From positions 1 to 50,314 of the forward strand of contig JAFTJI010000099.1 in NCBI GenBank assembly GCA_017456495.1: a stretch of 50,314 nt of DNA. The letters run 5' to 3'. A program made the translations under genes and the position numbers. Below are positions 1 to 9,114 of the stretch, piece after piece. This stretch comes from Lentisphaeria bacterium (GTDB taxonomy: Bacteria > Verrucomicrobiota > Lentisphaeria > Victivallales > UBA1829). Under the pieces are notes generated by a model. It was not told where the DNA came from. It searched no databases and saw only the letters and a program-made list of their open reading frames with translations. Each line of letters begins with the position of its first letter. Position 1 is the first letter of the stretch.

Positions 1-182
1 GTAATTTCAAAAGTCTTCAAAAATGTCAGAAAATTCTTGTTGCGATCTGTAAAATGGGGCGTTTTCGGTTTATCCTCCATAGCTTCAGCGAAGGAGGATG
101 GCAGCCACGCTCAACCTACCATTTTCAGCTCATCAACAATCTTTTTTCAGACAAATTTTGCCGGACTTTTGAAATTGCCTCT
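1..182. mobile_element. MITE-like non-autonomous element, copy 1 (left end clipped)
   Basis: Terminal inverted repeats GTAATTTCAAAAGTC (1-15) and GACTTTTGAAATTGCCTCT (164-182). Near-identical reverse-complement copy at 50174-50314. Confidence 0.75.
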
Positions 183-330
183 AAAAATATTTATTTTTAC
201 CGGAGCTTGATATTCACAAGGCTCTTTCAAACGAGATAATCGAGCAGTTTACTTGCGTGATTTTCTGCTTTCTACTATTGCCTTCCGCTTTTTTTGCGAT
301 TCTTTTTGATCCTTAATGACAAATATATAC

Positions 331-358
331 TTGCATTTTTCAATAAAGCATGTATATT
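331..358 (+). promoter_or_regulatory. Putative sigma70 promoter of tRNA-Thr
   Basis: TTGCAT-16 nt-TATATT, ending 12 nt upstream of the tRNA. Confidence 0.45.
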
Positions 359-370
359 AATACAATTCGA

Positions 371-446
371 GCCAATTTAGCTCAGTTGGTAGAGCAGCTC
401 ATTCGTAATGAGCAGGTCATCGGTTCAAGTCCGATAATTGGCTCCA
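371..446 (+). tRNA. tRNA-Thr(CGT)
   Basis: 76-nt cloverleaf: acceptor GCCAATT/AATTGGC, anticodon arm GCTCA-TTCGTAA-TGAGC, T-loop GGTTCAAGTCC, encoded CCA. Confidence 0.97.
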
Positions 447-461
447 TTTTTTTGCCTTTTT
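395..461 (+). repeat. att site (left): 3' part of tRNA plus downstream T-tract
   Basis: Identical to 8071-8137. Confidence 0.95.
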
Positions 462-569
462 CAAAACCTAACTTGTTTATAATCAACAATTTACAACTTT
501 TTCGCTTTTGCTTTTCCAAAAATCAAAAAAATGCCTAAAATGCACGCAAAATGCAAAAACGACGCACGG

Positions 570-666
570 ATTACGGAAAAATTACGGAAAATTACGGAAA
601 ATTACGGAAAACAAAAAAGTTAATGATTAAAATTACGGAAAATTACGGAAAAAATTACGGAAAAAA
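570..666 (+). repeat. ATTACGGAAA decamer array, putative integrase arm-type sites (left end)
   Basis: Four tandem copies at ~570-610 and three at ~632-664. The same motif occurs twice at 8004-8026. Confidence 0.8.
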
Positions 667-707
667 CAAAAAAAGCAAGTTTTTTATTGCCTTGCTTTTC
701 CTGATCT

Positions 708-962
708 TTATTTTTTATTGTGATAGTGATATTCTAAAATCTTGATTTTATTATCTATCATTTTTTCAACTTGCTAAGGGGTTAAAATATTAGCTTGCAC
801 TTTTGTTATCTATATTCTGATTGCAGATAAATCTTTCTGCATGTTTTGCAGATTCTATAAAAAGATATTGCCAAAATAGCAAACAATAAAAAGCAATGCC
901 GCGGATATGCCTCCCTTAGTAAGATATTCTATGAACTCTTTTGAATTTTTGATTTTATCCAT
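708..962 (-). CDS. Small membrane protein, holin-like (84 aa, 3 in-frame TAG)
   Basis: RBS AAGGTG, ATG at 962, TAA at 708. One hydrophobic segment GGISAALLFIVCYFGNIFL followed by a coiled coil. Last gene of the late cluster. Confidence 0.65.
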
Positions 963-976
963 TTTGCTACACCTTG

Positions 977-1891
977 TTATTTATTATTGTTAAGCTAGTC
1001 AAGATATTTTTTTAACTCTATAAAACCTTGCTAATTCCATCTGCAATACTTTTTAGTGTGGATCGCTGATTTAAGAGAACAGCAGATTTTTTTATCAATG
1101 TAAACAGTAAAATCAATATCTTTCATAGCTTGTTTTTTTACTGCTGAATATTGATATACTGTTATCGGATATTTGCCTCTGTATTCTCCTATGTTTGCTG
1201 TAAATAGTTTTTTGTTTATCATTTGAGGTTTTAAGTTATCATAATTCAGAATATCAGATATTTTCAGATACTTTCTTGTATCAAGATCAATAGGGGTATT
1301 ATTATATGTAGGAACTATAGATTTTCCATTTACAGCCCCTAAAAAGGCTGTATTCTAATACATATAAATAAAATCATCTGATAAAAGCTAACTATTACAG
1401 AATGTATATATATCCTGACTCATTACTTGAACATCTTCAAACCTAGATAAATCAATATCGGAATATAGTACATAGATCTTGTTATAGTTTGATACATATT
1501 TTTTTATTGATTCAAGAGAAAAAGTAAAATAATCAAGATTAGTTACTTTCTAAAAAACTATATCAACATTTTTTTCAGCACTAACAGATAATAAACCTTG
1601 ATAATCTTTATTTTCTAATTTTTGCCAAAAATTACGGATAAATAATAAATCATCTGCAGTAACAGATATATTTTTATTTTCGAGGGATTTTCTAAAGTTC
1701 CTGAGCTATGATAACAGCTAATAATTATAAGATAATATATGATGTTCAAGATTGCAGATTTCCCCTAAAAAATCAATTCTATGATCTAATTCCGCGTTAT
1801 CTTGATTATGCCCCTGAATAATCTATTTTCCATAGCTTAAACTTAAAGCTAAATGTTTTTTACAGCATGTTAAACAATCCATATTTTTCAT
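977..1891 (-). CDS. Phage hypothetical protein (304 aa, 8 in-frame TAG), possibly with a glycosyltransferase/Stealth-like C-terminal part
   Basis: ATG at 1891 to TAA at 977 with only TAG interruptions. N-terminal CLTCCKKHL; internal LSDDFIYMY motif. Contains the 1031-1222 ORF in frame. Confidence 0.7.
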
Positions 1892-1893
1892 TT

Positions 1894-3432
1894 TTATTCA
1901 CTCCATATATACTCAAGTCCTATAATATTTACTGTATCAGTTTCCATAAAGGTATCTATATTATCCCCGCCGTTTACCTGTCCATCTATAACCCAATTTC
2001 CCTATAACCAACCGTCATTATTACAAGTAGGTTTTGATCTTACATTATATAATGAATAGTGTGTATGTAATGGGAAATAATAAGTTTCCCCGAAATTCAG
2101 GGAAATCTAATACACTGATTCTGTAATATTGTTAATATTATTATTGTTTGGTTTCCAGTTCCACTTATTATTTTTATCAATAATTTTGAACTTTATTCCG
2201 ATTGCTTTTTCAGGTGTTTTTTCAGTTTTTTCAATGTAAAACTAACAAGCTCTGAAAATCCAACTCCCCAAAGTTACAGAACCGTAATAGTTATCATGCT
2301 TTCCGGATTGCCATTCTGCTTTCATACATAAACTATTAGAGTTCTAACAGATATTCTAGCTCCATCCTGTCCCCTTACGCTAATAATATAAATACTGCAT
2401 ATATCCATTATTTATTATATATGTAGGGTAAACCCCATAAAGGGATCTGTCTGCAACATGTTCCCTGATAAAAGCATTGATTTCCGATAATCCTGAATCT
2501 GCATTTAACTGCTACTAACAACTAACTGTAAAATAACCATTTTCATAATGTCCACCAGTTGAAACAAACTTTTCAAGTGTTATTTGATCGTTAGGAGCTG
2601 AATAGTTATAACATTCTACACCGTAATCTATTGGCTGATCTTCATACTTGTACTATTCTGTAATCATTCTTGAACCCTCAGGGCATGTTTCGCAACCTGA
2701 ATTACCGTATGTAGCACAATCAACCCAATAATCAGTATCATTCTCTAAACAATACTTATTATATTCTGTTATGTAACTCCACTTTGTTACGCCTATATTA
2801 GTCCACCAGCATTGCCCCTTGATTCCTAATACTATTTTGTATGATAATGAATACTGATCTAAAAATAAAGGCTTCCAGTAGCCCTATACACAATTACGCC
2901 CCTAACCAGTTAACTACATTCTGCCGTAATACTAATCAATAATCAAAGGATATTTACCGCTTGAATCTTTTTCTATTCCGCATTCTTTATAAAAAATCTA
3001 AGCAAAATCATCATAATTCTAATATGTTCCTGTAAGATTATACACTTGAATCTATACAGCCTCCCAACATGGAAAATACCATTCCTTGCATTCCGTCCAG
3101 TCCTAATTCCACTATTTGCACTATTCCCAATCAGATATATTTTTAACTGTAGCTGTCCCGCATAATCCTTTTTTAGATGATACTTTAATTTGTGTAGGAA
3201 TCGCATATTCCCAAGTTATCTAGCCGTTAGTAACTTGATACACCATAGTTTCAAAATACCAACTGCACTAGTTATAGGGTATCATAGTTTCACAATTCAA
3301 TGATCTATACTTGATTCCGAAAACGCCCCAACCGTTTAATATATCCCCATTACAAGGGCAATTCTAACAAGAGATTATCTAACCTTTATCATTAGAGATT
3401 ATCTAACCGTTTTTATTTTTCCATACTTGCAT
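1894..3432 (-). CDS. Cys/Tyr/Trp-rich phage protein, putative virion/tail-associated (512 aa, 24 in-frame TAG)
   Basis: ATG at 3432 to TAA at 1894, no TAA/TGA in between. Begins MQVWKNKNG*IISNDKG*IISC*NCPC. Confidence 0.75.
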
Positions 3433-3439
3433 AAAAAAA

Positions 3440-5395
3440 TCACTCCTAACAGTTACCTATAGGGATTATTTTCAACTATCCATTCTGAATAGCTAAAACT
3501 CCATCACCTTCAGGAAGATTCAGAGATATTTTTAATTTTCCGTTAACTGATTCAAGTTTCAATGGAGCTGATACTTCTATTTTGTTCTATAAATAATCAG
3601 GCTAATTATCATCTTGATTTATTTTGACTTTATACAATCCCTAAACCCTGAAATCTAAACTTGTATTATTATCAGTTATCTTAACAGTTGAATCTGAACT
3701 TGTAAAATAAGATGGATTGATATTGATAGTCGTTGTTACCCCTATTTCCTATTGATTTTCAGGGTTAGGAACTTCTATAAATCCTATGTTGATACTATTA
3801 TTCTAACTTGATAATTTATCCTGTAAATATGCAGGGAAACAATCATTTTCATTGCTTTTCACTGTATAAGTATCTAAAAAATCAGAATCAACTATTCCCC
3901 ATGATACACCGCCTTTTGCAGTTCCAGTTAGTACATATTTGCTGTTTTCCGCTGTAGCCTATGGAGGGGTTGAAACATTAGGGATTCCGTTAGAATAATC
4001 CCATAACATTACAGCTTGCAAGGCGTTTTCCGATTTTCCCCCATTCCATAAAGATAAATTTCCGTTTTGTTTCTGAAAAACAAAATTGCCTGTATCACTT
4101 GATACTTGCTAATCAGCTTTCCATTTCACTTCTTTACCCTCTAAACCCTAACTGATCTATACATGATTAGCTAAACTTCCTATAACTTTAACTTGCTAAT
4201 CATCCTATGTTTTCCACATTAAACTACCGCTTGTATTCAGCAATTTTTGTTTTTTGCTTTTATCGTAACCGTTTATTTTATGGTACATGAAATAAGGCTT
4301 GATTTTAGTTGTAATTACGCCCTAATTATCAGTTGTTTCCTGTTTTCCCCCTATTAAAGATAAATTAGGGTAATCATCATCCCCCATAGCACTATGAAAC
4401 TAAAATTTATTCCCTAAATAATCGGGCTGATCTTGCTATGTTACTTTTACTTTATATGTATCAGAATTAGCATAAATAAGAGAATCTATATATTGTTCAA
4501 TCCATAAACCGCCCCCATTATCATATCTGATAGAACCTATTCTGTAATTATAGATTTTATTTTCTTTATCGTAAAAAGCAAGATCATTTTCAGTGATTAT
4601 TACAGCAGATTTTTCTTTTTCATTTACTGAACAATAGATAGAACTATCTGCAGATACAGATATATTAGTATCTGCTGTATAGATTATATCATCACCGATT
4701 TTTACAGCTCCCTGCATAACGAAAAATGAAAAATCTGAAAGAATCCAGTTATTTTTTACTGATCCATTATCAATACTTGTTTTTGCGAAAATTGCAAAAG
4801 GAGTTTTCAGCCCTGCATAACTTACTACAAAGTTACCTAATATTTCATTAGTTACTGTATATTGTTTATGTTCATTTTCAGCAGTAACTTTAACTGTTCC
4901 TAACGGGATTGAAAATACCCCTCTTGAACATGGTACATTATTAGTTAGTGAATCAGATTTTACAAAGTAAATATAAGGAGTATAAACAGGGTTTAATGAA
5001 TCCCCATTAAACAAAGGATTATATACCATTAACAATATAACATGATATTCCCCCTAATCAGAAAGTTTATCAAGAGATATTTTTTGATCTTGAATATAAC
5101 ATCTGTTTTGTGCCTAATCGTTTATTTGTATTCTTCCGTTTTGAACAGATAAAAAATCAGAATCATTCTCTGTAATAACAGATAACTTAAAAGGATATTT
5201 GATTTTTTGACTGCCGTTTTTTCCTGTTCCATTGTTAATACATGATATAGTGATTCCGCTTGTATTCTGATTGATCTTTATAGATTGATTATCACCGCTT
5301 AAACGCTGAGTTTTCAAATAATCTATAATCTGATTGATTGTTTTTACAGCGGAATCCTTAAAGGGCTGTCCTGATTGTAATTTAGTAGGTATCAT
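3440..5395 (-). CDS. Putative tail fibre/tail protein (651 aa, 18 in-frame TAG)
   Basis: Joins ORFs 5114-5395 and 4436-5035 in one frame and continues to TGA at 3440. Three internal repeats YxVK...PxYL. Confidence 0.75.
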
Positions 5396-5401
5396 ATATT
5401 A

Positions 5402-6166
5402 TCATTCTCCATATAAATCTTTATCCCAACCGTTAGAGTCACCGCTTTTTGTATAAACATTTTGTACTATCCAATGTTTTCCATCGTAACTAATAGAACT
5501 CTAATCATGTTTCCAGTTTCCAACATTCAAACCGAAAGTATTATCAGGTGATTTTATTGTATTGATACTTTTTTCTATTGCATTCCCTGCTGAATTAGCT
5601 GTGTTATATTTTGCTGTTTCAGTAACTACAAAAACAGCAAAATCATAATATTCTACACCTTGTTTTGTAGGTTTTTGCAATATTCCCCAATATTCCCCAT
5701 TTTCAGCCTGCTAAAGGGGTAATTCCCCTATTGATTTAATCCATGCGTATTTCCCCCTATCAGATACAGGAATAATTGTATCTTTAGCAGTAGTAGCCCA
5801 TGCAGGGAGTGTTACTTTCCCTAAACCTATTAAATAATGATTCCACATAGTCAAATAGTTAGGTAAACCCTATAAAGGTAACTGTATATTCCTAACTGAT
5901 AATGTAGCAGATTTTTTTCCGGTTACTGTATCTGTTCCAACATCATACTAATAACTATAAACTAAATCAACCTGCCATATATTAGCGTCCTTTTGAGATT
6001 TACTAATACTTGTTAAATATCCTTTATACTCTTGATAATAGTTTCCAATAACAAGAGAATTGATTTTAGAATCAATCTATGTTTCATTTCCGTATAAAGT
6101 TACATTGCAAACATTTTCTGTTTGATTTTTTGAAATATTGATACCTTGAAAAGCTGTATTTATCAT
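5402..6166 (-). CDS. Putative tail protein downstream of tape measure (254 aa, 5 in-frame TAG)
   Basis: ATG overlaps the upstream TGA (ATGA at 6163-6166). Ends GWDKDLYGE-TGA, 6 nt before the next start. Confidence 0.75.
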
Positions 6167-7074
6167 ATCAACCCCGCTCCTACAATAATAGTTTTCATTT
6201 GAGATAGAATATTAGCTGTTTTAGCTGAATAATCTTTAATTTGAGTGTTTATTTTTGCTATATCCGTAAATACACCCCCACTTGCAAAACCGCCTCTAGC
6301 CGTTAAAGAATTAGTTTTTTCAGTATAATCTATTTTCAGCTGTGGCATATTATCAAGTTTGTTTTGCAGATTGTATAAAGTTTCAATTTTTTTCCTTTGC
6401 TCATCATTCAAAGTTACACCATATTGATTTTCATACTGAGCAATTTTCTTTTCTATATCTGCTGTTTTCCCTAATCCTTGTTTATGGTATATTTGCCATA
6501 AAATTTCCTGAGCTTCATTAGTGAATGCTGATTGTATCTGTACCCCTGCAAGTTCTTTCTTTTTTTGCATGATAATACTTATCTAACCCTAATCTATATT
6601 CAGCCCTTGTTTTTTAAGATCGTTAATGATTCTCAATCTTTCTATCTACTCTTTGCTTGCAGTCGCTTGTAATCTTGCAAGCTCTAACTAATTATCTAAA
6701 TCTTGCTTAATGTTTTTGTATTCTTTTTTACTCTGTAAATCCTTTAAGATACCTTTTTTAGCTAAAAGATTTTTAATCTAACTCTAATCTATATTCAACC
6801 CTTGTTTTTTAAGATCGAAAACTATTTTCTGATATTCAGCCTAATCTATTTTATCTTGTAAAAGTAACTGTTCTATAGTGATCTGATTCTATAAAGTATT
6901 ATTCTGATCTTGATAATATTTTTCTGATCTTTTTTTCAGCTTATCTATTTTCTGCTGAATTTTCAACTGTTCAAACTGAGCCTGAGCAATATTATACTAC
7001 ATTCTAACATTCAAAAACGCCCTAAACATATTCAAGCCTGTATTTTTCTTTTGTATCTTTTTGTTTTTGCTTTT
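6163..7074 (-). pseudogene. C-terminal fragment of tape-measure-like protein (9 in-frame TAG), 5' part lost
   Basis: Helical K/Q/E-rich sequence with a 65-aa repeat (DLKKQGLNID*x*I twice) and C-terminal SLTARGGFASGG motif. No convincing start. Confidence 0.65.
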
Positions 7075-7092
7075 TTAGAATCGTATCTTGTT

Positions 7093-7935
7093 TCAGTTAT
7101 ATAACCATTCATAATCAAGTATCGGCAATATAACATCATTGCCGGTTTTGTTTTGTTTCAGTTTTATCATTTTTGAATTAAAATCTATTTCGTTCCATTC
7201 AAGATTACAAAGATCACCTAATCTAAGCCCTGTATAGAATGCTAAACGGAATAAAGGAATAATTAAGCCACTTGTATCTTTATCTTTGCTACTAAGAATT
7301 AACTTTATTTCCTCTTCCGTGAAAATATCTCTTGTATTTTTTTCATGTTTAACTTTATCAACTGTAGTAAATGGGTTAATGGTGAAACTGCTATTCCTTA
7401 AAACAGAATCAAAAATCACTGAACAAAACATAATGATTCTATTAACAGAATGGGACGAAAGATTAGAGATAGTTTGTTTTTGTTTTATAATTTTGCCGTT
7501 CCTGATATATTCTGATTGATTATTATATCTTCCGTGTTCCTTGATATAATCAACATAACCGATAATATGATCTTCCGTTATCTCTGAGATATATTTAACT
7601 TTATCATTCTCTAAAAATGAACAAAAATCGAACCAATAAGCAAGATACTGTTTTTTTGTTTTCTCTGCAATGTTTTTTCTATTGCCTTTATTCAAGGCAA
7701 TATTTACCGCTGTCCTAATCTCTATATTCTCCGATCCTTTAATTTCGGTGATTCTGTTCCGGTGATACTCAATCGGATTAACAGCTTCATTTTCGTTTTT
7801 TAATTCTTCTTTTCTTTTTTGCTCAAACGCCTTTGCCTCTCTTTCTGTGGTACATCCTTCACATGTTCCGTAAAATCTTTTGCGATTAACCATAAATTCA
7901 TAATAGAATACATTTTTTTTCTTTTTGATTGCCAT
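7093..7935 (-). pseudogene. Tyrosine integrase, C-terminally truncated
   Basis: Arm-binding-like N-terminus, YTGLRLGDLCNLEW (catalytic Arg box) and KQNKT. Stops before the HxxR and Tyr boxes. RBS AAGGAGG. Confidence 0.85.
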
Positions 7936-7969
7936 TTTTTAGCCTCCTTAAAGTGTTGATTTCAGGTAA

Positions 7970-7998
7970 AATATACACCCTCAGAATGCAAAATGCAA
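7970..7998 (-). promoter_or_regulatory. Putative integrase promoter
   Basis: Minus strand TTGCAT-17 nt-TATATT upstream of the RBS. Confidence 0.55.
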
Positions 7999-8003
7999 AC
8001 AAA

Positions 8004-8026
8004 AATTACGGAAAAATTACGGAAAA
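8004..8026 (+). repeat. ATTACGGAAA x2, arm-type sites (right end)
   Basis: Same motif as 570-666. Confidence 0.75.
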
Positions 8027-8070
8027 TCTTTCATTTTTTAAGCGTTTTGAGTTCAAAATAGCCGTTTTTT

Positions 8071-8137
8071 CAGCTCATTCGTAATGAGCAGGTCATCGGT
8101 TCAAGTCCGATAATTGGCTCCATTTTTTTGCCTTTTT
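8071..8137 (+). repeat. att site (right): duplicated tRNA-Thr 3' fragment
   Basis: Identical to 395-461; lacks the 5' acceptor strand and D arm. Confidence 0.95.
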
Positions 8138-8337
8138 TTGGCTTTTTTCCATGTAAATACCTCCGAAATATCACTTTTCTTCCAACTTTTTTCCTTTTTT
8201 TTCTTTTAATGGGTTGTTTTTTTTGCCATTATGTCTTATATTAGGCTTGGTGAACCTGTTTTATGAGCGGGTTACCGGTAAAAAAAGGATCTTATTCAGT
8301 GCAACATAAATAACAGAAGAGAAGGAGTGGGATTTTT

Positions 8338-9090
8338 ATGGACAAAACGCAGAAAAAACATTTTACATTGATTGAACTGCTCGTGGTGATCGCCATCATC
8401 GCGATTCTGGCAGGTATGCTGCTGCCGGCTTTGAACAATGCAAGAGAACAGGGACGTGCAAAGGGTTGTTTGAACAATATCAAACAGACCGGAGCGGTTT
8501 GTCTGTTATATGCAAACGATTACGATGATGTTCTTCCCTTCAAGGGGCATACAGATTCCAAGACGGGGATCAATTACGGCGCATATTTTTCAAGCGGTTA
8601 CCATTGGCAGGATGCAATGTATAAGGCATATAATGGAAGTGTAAACAAAAATCTCTCCATGTGTCCGGCAACACTCACAAAATTTAAACCTACAGTCAAT
8701 ACAACCTATGGAATGAATAATTATCTGGCTGCCGGGACAATGATACATAGCAGTTATCATGCAAAATTCAATGTTCCGATCCGGAAAGTTTCTCAGTTGA
8801 GAGCAGCCTCTAAAAGTGGACTGATGGTCGAAAACAGAGGTCACGGCGGTTGGGGCGGTAATGAATCAGAAACCGCAACAGATGCAACCCGCACCCACTT
8901 TATCCATAAAGAACGGGCTAATGCTGTTTTTATCGATGGCCATGCAGAATCCAGAACATACTCCGGCATCCCTTCCTATGAATCGACCCTTTACACTGCA
9001 ATGAAAAAAGGGCAGTCTGAACGGCTCAATACTTACTTTCATATAGGCGAAGTTTTCAGTCATACAGCCACAGCTTACCCCGGATTGTAA
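8338..9090 (+). CDS. Prepilin-type N-methylation protein, DUF1559/H-X9-DG type
   Basis: [24 protein letters not shown]; C-terminal [13 protein letters not shown]. Confidence 0.9.
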   Translation: MDKTQKKHFTLIELLVVIAIIAILAGMLLPALNNAREQGRAKGCLNNIKQTGAVCLLYANDYDDVLPFKGHTDSKTGINYGAYFSSGYHWQDAMYKAYNGSVNKNLSMCPATLTKFKPTVNTTYGMNNYLAAGTMIHSSYHAKFNVPIRKVSQLRAASKSGLMVENRGHGGWGGNESETATDATRTHFIHKERANAVFIDGHAESRTYSGIPSYESTLYTAMKKGQSERLNTYFHIGEVFSHTATAYPGL

Positions 9091-9114
9091 TACCAACATA
9101 GAAGGACGTTTTAT

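Larger units (their letters stand above)
395..8137. mobile_element. Internally deleted prophage remnant integrated at tRNA-Thr(CGT), with TAG-recoded late genes
   Basis: 67-bp direct repeat at both ends, tyrosine integrase beside the right repeat, tape-measure-like and tail-like genes, more AT-rich than the flanks. Confidence 0.92.

Noticed and set aside
350-538. 62-aa ORF
   Set aside because: Overlaps the tRNA-Thr gene.
570-666. CRISPR array, or the 551-745 ORF as a real gene
   Set aside because: 10-bp tandem units with no spacers and no cas genes; the ORF is just the translated repeat.
1894-5395. Diversity-generating retroelement target in the tail genes
   Set aside because: No reverse transcriptase and no template/variable repeat pair seen.
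708-7074. Prophage genes as pseudogenes riddled with nonsense mutations
   Set aside because: Decay would also give TAA, TGA and frameshifts. Only TAG occurs, frames stay intact and gene packing is tight.
708-7074. Pyrrolysine readthrough of TAG
   Set aside because: TAG density is too high, includes adjacent TAG-TAG, and no pyl genes or tRNA-Pyl are visible.
8071-8122. Second tRNA-Thr gene
   Set aside because: Lacks the 5' acceptor strand and D arm; it is the att duplication.
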